From: Felis catus
Taxonomy: Eukaryota
Direction of reading: 5' to 3'
Assembly: GCF_018350175.1 (NCBI RefSeq)
Contig: NC_058368.1
Coordinates: 169,324,001-169,388,000, forward strand
DNA length: 64,000 nucleotides
The notes under the pieces were generated by a model that was given only the letters and a program-made list of their open reading frames with translations, was not told the origin of the DNA and ran no database searches. Position 1 is the stretch's first letter. The number at the start of each line of letters is the position of its first letter. Positions 1-12,700 of this stretch are shown piece by piece. Both the position numbers and the translations under genes were made by a program.

Positions 1-818
1 AAATGTTTTAAGGCATCCACGAACTTCCAAAAACTTTCTCTCTGTGCTTGAGGGGGCTACAGTGCATAAGAGGAGAGAAGCACAGAAAGAGCCTGACATT
101 TAGCTGAACATTTCTCCAGAGCCATTTGCTGATTTACAAGCAATGGTTAAAATCAAGAGAAGCTAAGTATAGCTTCTGGAAGGCTCACAAGGCTAATGAG
201 ACAAAAATTTGGACTTAAGACCCACCAATGAGAACAGCTGATAAAAACTTTAGACTTTTAATGCCCCCCCCACCCCCATGAAGCCTTCAACTTTGGGGGC
301 AAACAAGAAATATACCTGCTCTCACAAAAACTAAAACCAAGATTTGAATCATCTAAATCCCTAATTACATTATGATCTGCCTCTAACCTAATTGCCTGAC
401 AGAAGCTGAAGTATATTCTCTCCAGGCAGAAGCTGACATCATCCAGAGCCTCAACTTATCTCTACAATCTTTCAAAAACAATGTCTGGAATTTAATTTTA
501 AAATTATCAAGAAAGAAAATAGAAGAAAGTCTTTGTGAGCTTAAGTTAGGCAAATATTACTTAACTATGATATCAAAAGCACAATCCATCAAAGAATAAG
601 TTGATATATTAGACTTGCTCAAAATTGAGACTTCCTGTTCTTTGAAAGATGCAGTTAAGAGAATGAAAAGAGAAGCTACACTATGAGGGAAAATATTTGT
701 AAACCAAATGGTAAAAAAAACAAAAAACAAAAAAACAAACTTTTAGCTAGAATATGTAAAAAATTTCCAAAACTCAGTAATAAGAAAACAAACTTTCCAA
801 TGAAAAAAATGGGCATAA

Positions 819-997
819 GGTGCATCTGGATGGCTTAGGCAGTTGAGTATCCAACTCTTGATTTCTCAGGTCATGATCCCAGGGTCATGGGATTGAGCCC
901 TGCATCAGGCTCTGTGGTGAGCATGGAGCCTGTCTGGGATTTTCTCTTTTCCTCTGCCCCTCTCCCCTGCTCATGCTTTCTCTCTAATAAAAAAAAA
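819..997 (+). mobile_element. Can-SINE (older carnivore subfamily) inserted in L1
   Basis: tRNA-like head 'ggtgcatctggatggcttaggcagttgag...tcaggtcatgatccc', CT tract and A tail. Degenerate TSD 'aaaaaa..gggcat' on both sides. Confidence 0.85.
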
Positions 998-1038
998 GGG
1001 GGGGGGCATTAGATTTTAAAGGAGACTTAACCAATGGC

Positions 1039-1087
<49 letters not shown>
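1039..1087. repeat. (TA)n microsatellite
   Basis: Seen directly. Confidence 0.95.
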
Positions 1088-1089
<2 letters not shown>

Positions 1090-4000
1090 CAACTAAACAC
1101 ACAGAAAATACTTAACGTCATTAGTCATTAGGGAAATAAAATCACAAGGAGAACCCACTCACTCTAGTTATAATGACAAAAAAAAAGACAAAACCAAATA
1201 CTTCCAAGGATGTGTGAAGCTACTAATATTCATATATTGCTGGTGGGGAAAAAAAGTGGTACAGCCACTTGAAGAAATAAAGGTTTGCAATGTCTTGTAA
1301 AATTATATACACACTTAAAATAAGACTTAGCAACCCTACCCCTATTTATTTTCTCAAGACAAATAAAAGTTTATAGTGGCTTTATTTGTAACCACCAAAA
1401 ACTAAAAACAACCAAATATCCTTCAACTGCAGAATGGCTATATAAACTATAGTGCAATAGGATACTAACCAGCAACAGGAAAGAACCATCTACTCATACG
1501 TACAACATGGCTGACTCTCAATGCATCATGCTAAGGTAAAGAAGCCAGTGTCAAAAGGCTACATGCTGTGTGATTCTATTTATACGACATTCTGAAAAAG
1601 GTAAAACTATAGGGACAGAAATAAGACCAGCTGTCATAAAGAAAAGGAAAGACAAAAAGGGGCTTTGGGGAACATGGAGAGATGGTGGGACTGAGCTAAA
1701 TGTAGACACAGTGGTGGTTACATGATTGTACATGTTTGTGAAAACTCTCAGAACTGGACTCTCACTTCTGGGAGTATAAACATATTTTTCACTAAGTACA
1801 ATTAAAAACTCTGGGCTTTATACATGAAATAAACATAAGAAGACTCTAAAAGGTGAAAAAGAGCAGGCAGATCACCTAGGGTCCTTGGGCTCCAAGGAAC
1901 AACACCAGAGGACTGGGATAAGTTATGTATATGTAATTTAATACTTAGACAACCACTAAAAGAGCTATAGAGATACACTAAAAATACTTCAGAGAAATCA
2001 AAATGAAGCTCTAAAAAATGCTCAAGTAACCCACAAGGAGACAGAAAAAAGAAAAACAAAAAACAGAGTGAACATATAGAAAACAAAAAACAAAATTGTA
2101 AACCTCACCTCTCATGTATCAAAGATTACATTAAATATAAATGGTGTGGATACACCCAGTAAAGAGAGATTGTGAGAGTGGATCACAAAACATGACTTAT
2201 TATATATTATCTACCAGAAACTCACTTCAAATATAGTAATATAGGCAGGTTAAAAATAAAAGGATAAAAGATATATCATGCAAACATTAATCAAAAGAAA
2301 ACAGGAATAGCTGAGTTAATATCAGGTAAAATGGACTTCAGAGTAAAGAACAATAATAAAGACAGAGAGGGATAATGTATAATGATTACAAAGGTCAATC
2401 TACCAAGAAGACATAGAAATCATAAATGATATGAAGAGATATTTCACCAAAAAAGATACAGAATGGAGAATAAACACCTAAAATTTGTCAACATTAGCCA
2501 TTATGGAAATGCAAATTATAATCACAGGATATCATTGCATACTTATTGAAATGACTAAAACAAAAATATACTGACAACACATAAATATTGGTAAGGATAT
2601 AGAGATTGGATCATTCATACATTGCTGGTGTGAACACTAAATGGTATCATCACTCTGTTAAACAGTTTGGCAGGAGAGAATGAAGCAAAAGAATAAATGA
2701 AAAGTGAATGACCATGAATTTTTAAAAAAATGGTGGAAGTATGAAGCAACAGATTCAGCAGGTACTACAAAAACAAAACAAAACAAAAAACAAACAAACA
2801 CACACATAAAAAAATACAGGATAAATGCAAAGCAAAGCACACCTAGGCACATAATTGTATGACTGTTGAAAACCAATGACAAAGAGAATTTAAAATAGCT
2901 ATGGAAAAAAGACACTTAGAAAGGGGAAACAAAGATTTCAGCCTGATTCTACGATAGACATACAGGAAATAAAAAGGCAATGGAATAACTTAATCAAATA
3001 GTAGATACAAGAGAACCACACAAAAGTAACCAGAAGAAAGCTGAAGTAACAATATTAACATCAGACAAAATAGAGTTTAAAACAGGAATAATACTGGAGA
3101 CAAAGGAGACATTATACAGACAAGAGATCAGTATTTCAGGAAGATTTAAAAACTATATGTGTATATACACCTAATAATGGGGGCCCATAATACATGAAGG
3201 ATATATTCTGAAAGAAAAAAATAGATGATTCAAAAATTATAGTTGATAATTTCAGTATGTCACATACAAGTATTAATTTGTAAGCACTCATTAGCACAGC
3301 TTTGAAACTTAAAAAACAAAAATTAACATATATAAAAGGAGAAATGACAAACTCACAACCACAGAGGGAGATTTTATCACACATCTCTCAGTAACAGCTT
3401 GAAGAAGCATACAAAAGTTAGCAAGAATATAGACAATTTAACAACATGATTCACAAAATAGAACTTATGGATATATCTAGGAAACTCTACTCCAAAACTG
3501 TGGAATATAAATTGTGTTCTAGTGATTTTGAATTATTTACAAAATGAGCTACACTGGACCATAAAGTATGCCTCTACAAATTTCAAAGGAGATAATAGTG
3601 AGCGTATCCTCTCACTACAGTGATATTAAGCTAAACAATTTATCCAAAAATAGAAAGTCACCAAATACCCAGAAATACATATAATCCATTGGTTAAGGAT
3701 GAGATGACAATAAAAATTTAAAAATATTTTGGACTGAAATATAATAAAAATAGAAATTAACAAATCTTGTAGAATGCAGCTAAAACTTATGTTTAAAGGT
3801 AAATTTATAGTTTTTTGTGCATATATTGCAATGACGGAAAAACTGAAAATCAATGATGTAAATTTTTCAAAAGTAAAGAAAAAGAAAACACCTAGTAGAA
3901 TCCCAAAAAGTAGAAGGAAGAAATAATATATAAAAATGCAAAAAAAAAAAAAGAATAGCAACAAATGCAATAATGAGAATAAGTAAATGTAAAAGTTGGT

Positions 4001-5350
4001 CTTGTAGAAAGATTTAATGAGAAAGATAAACTCCTAGCAAGAATTATGAGAGAGAACGATGCAGAGAGAAGAATTTCCAATACCACTTGTGGAAAAGGTG
4101 AAATCACTACAGATTATTCATTTGTTACAAACACATTAGAGGATAGTATTAATAACTTTTTGCCAAAAAAAACCACTTTTTGCCAGTAAATTGAAAAACA
4201 ATAAAATGGGAAAATTGATAGAAAAGCCCAACTTTTCCAAAAATAATGTAAGAAAAATTTGAATTTGAGTATTCTTATATCTGATTTAAGTAGCCAAATT
4301 TTTATTGAAAAACCATCCCCTAGAAAACTCCAGTCACAGATAGCTCCACTAATGAATTCTTATAAACATTAAAGGACAAAATAATATTAATCTTACATAA
4401 ACCCTTACAGAGAACAAGAAAAAAGTCAGCTTATTTTTGAGGCCAGCAACATCTTGAGAGCAAATTCATATATGACTATCACAAAAAAGAAAAATTACTT
4501 CAATCTCTTTTATGAACACAGATACCAAATAATCCTACACAAATGCTAACATACCAAATCCAGTGATACATAAAAGGAGCCAAACAGTATGACTAAGAAT
4601 GTAAGTTTGGTTTACTTATTCAAGAACCCATCAGTATAATTCATTACATTAAGAGAACAAAGGAAAAAAATATATGATTAATACAGTAAATAAATTAAAC
4701 ACATTTGATGAAATTCAATACCCAATAAAAACTCACCAAAATAGGATTAGAAAGAAACTTCCTTAATCAGACAAAGTCTATCTACCAAAAAAGCCTACAG
4801 ATAGCATCATACTAAATAGTGAACGACTAAAATCATTTCCCTGAGGTTAGGAATGAGACAAGGACATCTACTACCAATACTTCTATTCATCATTATCTTA
4901 AAGGTCCTAACTTGGGCAACAAGTCAAGAAAAATAAGCAAAGGATAGTGTAATTCTACACTATTAGAATTAATAAGTGAAAATAGCAGTTTATTAATATG
5001 AAAGCAGTATACAAAAACCATTTTCTATTTCTAGATATAAGTGGCAAGGATTTAGAAAATAAAATTTTAAATAATATTTCAAGTGGCATAAAATTCTAAT
5101 ACCTTAAACTAAATCTAATGACAGATGTACTCTACACACACACACGATAAAACATTATTTAGGAAAAATAAATTATGATGTAAATAAAAGTAGGGATTTA
5201 TCACATTCAAGCATTAGAAGTCACAATATTTATATTTATATAAATATAAGATATATAAATGTATATTATATATTATATTATATATTTAAATATATATTTA
5301 TTACATATATAAATATATATTTATATATTATATATTATATATTTATATAG

Positions 5351-6666
5351 ACTGAGAGCTTTCCTCCTAAGGTCAGGAACATGATAGGAATGTCCACTCT
5401 CACCACTGTTATTCAACATAGTACTAGAAATCCTAGCCTCAGCAATCAGACAATAAAATGGAATAAAACGCAAACATATTAGCAAGGAAGAAGGCAAACT
5501 TTCACTTTTTGCAGATGACATGTTACTCTATGTGGAAAACCCCAAAACTGCTAGCAATGATACCTGAATTCAGCAAAGTCTCAGGATATAAAAATCAATG
5601 TACAGAAATCAGTTGCATTTCTATATACCAAGAATGAAGCAGCAGGAAAAGAAATCAAGGAATCCATCCCATTTACAATTGTGCCAAAAACCATAAGATA
5701 CCTAGGAATAAATGTAACAACAAGGTAAAAGATCTGTACGCTGAAAACTACAGAAAGCTTATGAAAGAAATTAAAGACACACAGAGAAATGGAAAAACAT
5801 CCCATACTCATGGATTGGAAGAACAAATATTGTTAAAATGTCACTACTGCCCAAATCAATCTACATATTTAATTCAGTCCCTATCCAAACAACACCAGCA
5901 TTCTTCACAGAGCTAGAACAAACAATTCAGAAAAGATCCCGAATAGCCAAAGTAATGTTGAAAAAGAAAACCAAAGCTGGAGGCATCACCATTCTGGACT
6001 TCAAGGTGTATTACAAAGCTGTAATCATCAAGACAGTATGGTACCAGCACAAAAACAGACACATAGATCAATGGAACAGAATAAGAGAGCCCAGAAAGGA
6101 CCCACAAATGTATGACCAACTAATCTTCAACAAAGCAGGAAAAAGTATCCAAAGGAACAAAGACCTTAGCAAATGGTGCTGGGAGAACTGGACAGCAACA
6201 TGCAGAAAATGAAACTAGACCACTTTCTTACACCATGCACAAAAATAAATTCAAAATGGATGAAAGACTTAAATGTGAGACAGGAAACCATCAAACTCTT
6301 AGAGGTGAACATGGGCAGCAACCTATTTGACCTCGGCCACAGCAACTTCTTACTTGACATGTCTTGGAAGGCAAGGGAAAAAAAGCAAAATTGAATTATT
6401 GGGACCTGATCAAGATAAAAAGCTTCTGCACAGCAAAGGAAATAATCAGCAAAACTAAAAGTCAACTGACAGAATGGGAGAAAATATTTGCAAGCAATTG
6501 CAAGCAGGAATTGCACTATTAGGTATTTATCCAAAGGACACAGGAGGGCTGTTTCTAAGGGGCACATGCACCCCAATGTTTGTAGCAGCACTATGAACAA
6601 TGGAACAATAGGCAAACCATGCAAAGAGTCCAAATGTCTATCAACACTCTCTCTCTCTCTCCCTCT

Positions 6667-6711
<45 letters not shown>

Positions 6712-7112
6712 GGAATATTACTTGGCAATCAAAAAATGAATTCTTGCCGTTTGCAATAACATGGATGGAACAAGAGTATATTATGCTAAGCTATATAAGT
6801 CAGTCAGAGAAAGACAAATACATGATTTCACTCATATGCAGAATTTAAGAAACAAAACAGATAAATATAGGGAAAAGGAAGGAAAAATAAAATAAGACAA
6901 AAACAGGGAAGCAAACCATAAGAGATTCTTAAATACAAGAACAAACTGAGGGTTGCTTGAGGAGAGATGGTTGGGGGGATGGGCCAAATGGGTGATGGGC
7001 ATTATGGAGGGCAGTTATTGGGATGAGCACTGGGTGTTATATGTAAGTGATGAATCACTAAATTCTACTCCTAAAACCAATACTACACTACATGTTAACT
7101 AACTTGAATTTA

Positions 7113-7153
<41 letters not shown>
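5351..7153 (+). mobile_element. 5'-truncated carnivore/felid L1 (ORF2 RT to 3' UTR, (TAA)n tail) inserted into the older L1
   Basis: RT motif 'tttgcagatgacatg' (FADDM) near 5508. ORF2 peptides [28 protein letters not shown] and [27 protein letters not shown]. Carnivore L1 3' end 'catgttaactaacttgaatttaaataa'. Degenerate TSD ...ACAATATT at 5223-5230 and 7159-7166. Confidence 0.93.
6647..6708. repeat. (CT)n(CA)n compound microsatellite within L1
   Basis: Seen directly. Confidence 0.95.
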
Positions 7154-7155
<2 letters not shown>

Positions 7156-7629
7156 GCTACAATATTGTAAATATTCCCCATCTTGTCTTCAGATTCAATG
7201 TAATCCCAATCCCAGTCTTTTTTTTTTGGTGATGTTTTTGGGGGGTGAAAATTAGCAAACATATTCAAAAATATAGGTGGAAATATAAAGGGCCTACAGT
7301 AGCCATGACAATGTTGAGGAAGGCCAAAATTGGAGGACTTATGTGAGCAAATGTCAGGATAGTAATTAGGACAGTGTGATACTGATGCAAAGATAGACAA
7401 ATAGGTATATATGTGGACATTTAATTTATTACAAAGTTGTCAACATGCAGCAATGGGGGGATATAATCTTTACAATAAATAGTGGTGAGTCAATGGATAG
7501 GTCTGAGGCAAGGAGTCTTTACCTCCGCCTCACATCTTACAGATAACAAACTCGAGATGGGTTATTGGTCTAAATGACAAAGGTAAAAAAAAGAAGTTTT
7601 AGGATAATAATATTAAAAAATACTTTTAT

Positions 7630-7848
7630 GGGGCGCCTGGGTGGCTTGGTCGGTTAAGCATCCGACTTCGGCTCAGGTCATGATCTCACGGTCCGTGAGT
7701 TCGAGCCCCGCGTCGGGCTCTGTGCTGACAGCTCAGAGCCTGGAGCCTGTTTCAGATTCTGTGTCTCCCTCTCTCTCTGCCCCTCCCCTGTTCATGCTCT
7801 GTCTCTCTCTGTCTCAAAAATGAATAAACGTTAAAAAAAATTAAAAAA
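7630..7848 (+). mobile_element. Felid Can-SINE
   Basis: Full head 'ggggcgcctgggtggct', CT tract and A tail. TSD 'aaaaaatacttttatg' on both sides. Confidence 0.97.
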
Positions 7849-8044
7849 TACTTTTATGACTTTGAGGGAGGCAAAGACTTCTTAAAAAGGACAGAAAAAA
7901 GTACAGTCTATAAAAGATTGGTAAACTTGACTACATTAACATAAAATTATGTTCATCAAAGGAAACCATTAATAGAATAAATAAGCTCACAGAGTGGGAC
8001 AATATATTTGCAGTACATAAAAACAAAGAATGATTTGTAAGAGG

Positions 8045-8075
<31 letters not shown>

Positions 8076-8675
8076 AGTCCTACATTTCAAAATACAGACA
8101 AACCAATTTTAAAAACTGGACAAAAGCTAAAACAGGTAATTCACAAAAGTGGTTATGTAAATATGGAAAACTGTTTTGCAGCGTATACTAAAGCTGAACA
8201 ATTTCATATCCTGACTCAGATTCAATTCCTAGATAGGTGCCTAACAGAAATGTATAAATATGTATGATAAAAACATAGTCAAAAACATTACTAGCAGCAT
8301 TATTCATAATCGTCCAAACCTGAGATAACCCAAATGTCCATCAACAGTAGAATGGATAAATACATTGTAGTATATGTACATAGAGAAGTACTATGTCGCA
8401 ATAAAAAAGAACACTTGATGTTATATTTAACAACATAGATTAATCCCACAAGCATAATGCTAAGGGGAAAACACACAAGAAAGTAACCACTATCTAGTAC
8501 TATTTATATAAAATTCGAAAACAAGAGTAATCTGTGGTATCACAATTCTGAATAGTGGGTATCTTTGGGGTGCGAAAGGGTTAGTATCTGGCAGGGAGCA
8601 CAAAGGTTGTTTCTGTTGTGCAGAGAAGGTTTTGTTTCTTAATTACAAGAGTGTGTTCATACTATGGAAGTTAAT

Positions 8676-8777
8676 CAAGCCAAACATTTATAATTTTTAC
8701 ATGTTATTTCTGTGCGTATTCCATAACAAGCCAAACATTTATAATTTTTACATGTTATTTCTGTGCGTATTCCATAA
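8676..8777. repeat. Perfect 51-bp tandem duplication
   Basis: caagccaaacatttataatttttacatgttatttctgtgcgtattccataa at 8676-8726 and 8727-8777. Confidence 0.95.
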
Positions 8778-9594
8778 AAGTTTATTTAAATGAGACTAAT
8801 AGGGAGACCTAAGTAGAAGCACTTTCCAATTAAAGGAATAACAAAAACAGGTTATTTTCCTTTGTACAAAATCCAAAATGATAAACAGCATTATCTAGAT
8901 AAAATTAATTATTTCTTTCATAGGAAAGGCAGGTTGTAAGGTAATAGCACGTTATAGGAAAATACTTTTTAACATTTACAGTGATTACATTTCCTTTGTT
9001 TTTTATTGTGTCTCTTAAATTGTATTTAAGGAAGTGGCAGCTATTTCCCTGGGAAACACCATGTTCTTAAAAAAAACTGAAGTATTTCTTCTTCAATCAC
9101 ATTTGTGCTACTACTGAAGAGGGCACAGCAGATATAACTTTACAGTGTCCCCTGTAGGTCAAAGTGTTTGCTTTGGTACAAAACAAATACATTGTTAGAT
9201 TTGGGAATTAGGCTTTAAACACCACTAAAATTAGTGGGAGTTTTTAACATCTAGTTAAAAGTAAATAACAAAAACTGAATATAAAGGTAGGATTAAGGCC
9301 AGTGAAAAGAGGTCTCGAGGAAGCATAAAAGACAAAATGAGCTAGGAAGACATGCATTCTATTGTTTACTAAAAATTAAAATAAATACATTTTTATTCTA
9401 GAAATCTTAGAAAGTACATGGAGTAAAAAAGAAAAGTAATTCATGATTCTACTACCCAGAGATAAAAACCCATGAGTTTGGCCCTATTCTTACCATTTAT
9501 TTTCTGAGTCTGTATTTCAATAGGTTTTAATGTATTATAACCAGCATTCTGCTTCTACCATGTTCCCATCTTGTTATACATTGTCCTGCATTTA

Positions 9595-9765
9595 ATGGTT
9601 TTAAATTCTCCATATAATCACCTGTGTGCATTTTTTTAAAAAAATACAGAAACCTGGATATTACTCCTGGCTACTGATTTGACTCTCGTTGGAGAGACCC
9701 AGGCATAAGTATTTTGAAAAAGTTTTAACAGCTGATCTCAATGCAGAGCCAGGGTTGAGACTATC
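9595..9765. mobile_element. MER5-like hAT MITE relic
   Basis: 'gacccaggcataagtattttgaaaaag...ctgatctcaatgcagagccagggttgagact' resembles the MER5A end. Confidence 0.6.
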
Positions 9766-9975
9766 CTTTTGACTATTCTTTTCCCTTTAATTGATGCATA
9801 GGAGTCATCATATGTATGTACCATAATCTATTTAACTTGTTCCCAGTATTACCAGACATTTATGTTCTCTTTTTTATTTTTGCGGGGGAGTGGGGTTGGG
9901 GGGCAAAGTATCAGATTATTTCCTACTATTAGATTCCTAGTAGTAAAGTTTTGGGTTCAGTTTAACTGAAGGCTT

Positions 9976-10125
9976 TTTTTTTTAAGTTTATTTGTTTTGA
10001 GACAGAGAATCCTAAGCAGGATCTGTGCTGACAGCATGAAGCCCAATGTGGTGCTTGAACTTGCAAACAGTGAGATCATGCCCTGAGCTGAAGTCACTTA
10101 ACCAAGTGAGCCACCCAGGCTCCCC
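9976..10125 (-). mobile_element. Shortened Can-SINE lacking most of the CT tract
   Basis: SINE motifs on the minus strand. TSD 'ttaactgaaggctttt' at 9962 and 10130. Confidence 0.9.
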
Positions 10126-10635
10126 TGACTTAACTGAAGGCTTTTGACTGTCACATCATCCTCTAGAAATGTTTTGTCAAAGTATTCCAGCACCAGCATA
10201 GTATGAGTTTTCTTGTTTCCCTGTACCATCACCAAATAATAGTAAAAATTATAATTTTAAAACATTTTGACCAATTTTATTATTTTGATGTATGCCTTTC
10301 TTTGCCTATTGGTTAATAAAATTAAGCAACTTTTCTAATGTAAAGAAACAATTCTTACATGGAATGAGACTTGAGGAAAAGCCTAAAATTTTAAAGTAGA
10401 AATGAAAATGACTAGGTATTCAATGTTTCAAATCAGGAACGAAAGCAAAATTTAAACAGTTTTTATTGTGAAATCTAAGGTTATCTTAAGTATGTTTTTC
10501 TAAATTAAAGTTAATAGAATAAACTAAAACACCCAATGCAAAATGGGTTGGCATTTATTTCTTGTAAGTGTATTCAACTTTGAATCAATGTCTATAAACT
10601 CACTTTGTAGATTATCCATAAAAAATTAAAGTCCA

Positions 10636-10802
10636 GGGGAGCCTGGGTGGCTCAGTCGGTTGAGCATCCGACTCCAGCTCAGGTCATGATCTCACGGCTC
10701 ATGGGTTTGAGCCCCATATCAGGCTCTGTGCTGACAGCTCAGAGCCTGGAGCCTGCTTCAGATTCTGTGTCTCTTTCTCTCTCTGCCCCTCCCCCACTCA
10801 CG

Positions 10803-10852
<50 letters not shown>

Positions 10853-10882
10853 ATTAAATAAACAAAAAAAATTAAAAAAAAA
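10636..10882 (+). mobile_element. Felid Can-SINE with expanded (CT)n
   Basis: Typical body. TSD 'aaaaattaaagtcca' at 10621 and 10878. Confidence 0.97.
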
Positions 10883-10948
10883 TTAAAGTCCAAGTGTATA
10901 TCTGCACCATCATTGCATCTCATTCCCGGTCTAAACATTTACTGAACA

Positions 10949-11230
10949 CTGTTATCAGTTGGAGTTCTAACAGGAAACAGAATACACATATTAGCATATT
11001 TTGAGGAGGGTTTACTTATAGAGGACTAATTACAAAGATATGGGTGGAGAGATGGGACTGGTAAGGGATAGAACAAGAAGGGCTGCTCCATTCCCAATCC
11101 TGGACAAAGATAGAGTTTGTTACAGGGTACACCAGCCTGAGAGACGGGTGATCTTTGGTGGAATAACGTAGCCAGTCCACAACCACTTCAAGCGAAGAAG
11201 CTAGAACACAAATTCCCTGACATCCAGGTC
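10949..11230 (-). mobile_element. Old ERVL-type LTR fragment (LTR33-like)
   Basis: 'tgttatcagttggagttctaacaggaaacagaatacac...gagggttta...ggactaattacaaag' resembles the reverse-complemented 3' end of old ERVL LTRs. Confidence 0.5.
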
Positions 11231-12311
11231 CTGTACAACCTCACCTACATTCTTCAACATCATCTCCCACCATCCTCTCTCCAGCTTTTTGCATGCCTCA
11301 TTCCCTCACAGGTGTCAGATCTCTGGCCAAGCATTACCTCCTCAAGAGAGGCCTTCCCTGCTGTGCAGAGTAGCCAGAACAGCACTGTTCTCCCTCTCCC
11401 CAATCTTTCTCCTTTCCTTAACTATTACCCCCTAACACAGTGCCTTTGTGTGCTTACTTCTCCACTGATTGCCTCCACCACCAGAAGGCAAGCTTTATGA
11501 GGGCGTGGACTTTATCTATATCATGTGTAACTGTATCTTCAGTGCTCAGAATGGTGTCTGGCTTGCAGTCAGTTCTCAGTGTTTTTCGTCTTGAAGGAAA
11601 TGGCTAGTAAGTGCCCACATACCATAAAAACGTGAAATGTCATCATACAACTGTGTAAATACACACATCTTTTTGGATTATCCATTTTCACTCAATTGCC
11701 TCTTCTAGCACAAATAACTCATCTTCTATCTAATTATATTTATGGTAGATTTTACCTCCAATATATATTTCTAACCTGACCATGGTTTTCTGTCCTTACT
11801 GACATTATTCAAGACTCAACTACTATCTCCCACTTCAACAAATACAATAGCCAATTGGTCTCTCTGTTCTTTCCTTTCCTTTCCTCTTTCAATCTTTGCA
11901 TGCAAAGCAGCCAGAGCAGGCTTTTTAAAAAACTGGTATTTCTCCACTGCTTAAAAAGCTTCAAAGGCTTCTGCTTTTGTGAAAGAAACTAACACGTGTA
12001 GCCTAACCTAGAAGGACCTGCATAATCTCACTGCTCTCCTCTAATCAATCCTTCTTTTCTTACAAAGCTGTGGCCACTCACTCCTGTTTCTCAAACACCC
12101 CAAACTCTTTCCTGTCTGAGGGCATCTCCACTACCTGCAACTCTCATTCCCCTTGCCCGTTCTATTTAATTTCTACTCAGTCCACACATCTCAGCTTACA
12201 GGTGCCAGCTTACAGAAGCCCTTCAGGAAGGGCTTCCCTGGTCTTGACTGAGACAGGCTATCATAAGCTCTTAGAGCACTTAGTAATTTTACTTCTTTTT
12301 GTTTCTTTATT

Positions 12312-12361
<50 letters not shown>

Positions 12362-12700
12362 AAGTGGAGGAGGGGCAGAGAGACAGGGAGAGACAGAATC
12401 CCAAGCAGGCTCCGTGCTGTTGGTGCAAGCCTGATGAAGGGCTCCACTCCAGGTATCCAACAGTGAGATCATGACCTGAGCCAAATTCAAGAGTCAGAGG
12501 CTTAACTGGCTGAGCCAGCCAGGTGCCCTGGCAATTTTACTTCTTAGGGTTTTTACAATTGTAGCCCTATAATTATTTGTGCAACAATTTGTGTAGTGTG
12601 TCTTTTCCACTAGACTATAAACTCCCTGGAGGTGGAGCTGCGCCTATTTTGTTCCTGCCGTCTCCAAAAACTAAAATAATGTCTGGAATGCATGGACTTA
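11230..12700 (+). mobile_element. L2 3' fragments (at least two)
   Basis: 'cctcctcaagagaggccttccctg', 'ccactagactataaactccctggagg' and 'cagtgctcagaatggtgtctggc' are L2 3' motifs. Confidence 0.7.
12298..12530 (-). mobile_element. Can-SINE inserted in L2
   Basis: (GA)n tract plus minus-strand SINE body. TSD 'aattttacttctt' at 12285 and 12533. Confidence 0.93.

Larger units (their letters stand above)
60..5230 (+). mobile_element. Mosaic of old, degraded L1 (L1M-type) fragments: 5' region, 3' UTR, ORF1 and ORF2 endonuclease/RT remnants
   Basis: A-rich strand with recognisable L1 motifs: 3' UTR 'gaagccag...ggctacatgctgtgtgattctatttatacgacattctg' near 1540-1600, endonuclease 'ctaccagaaactcacttcaaatata' near 2210, and RT-region 'ttccctgaggttaggaatgagacaagga' near 4840. 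No intact ORF. Boundaries approximate. Confidence 0.85.
7155..8790 (+). mobile_element. Continuation of the old L1 (ORF2 3' part and 3' UTR)
   Basis: 'cccaaatgtccatcaacagtagaatggataaatacattgtagtatat' and other L1 3' motifs. The sequence resumes across the younger L1 insertion. Confidence 0.85.

Noticed and set aside
6166..6708. 180-aa minus-strand ORF
   Set aside because: It is antisense to L1 ORF2 and starts in a (GT)n microsatellite.
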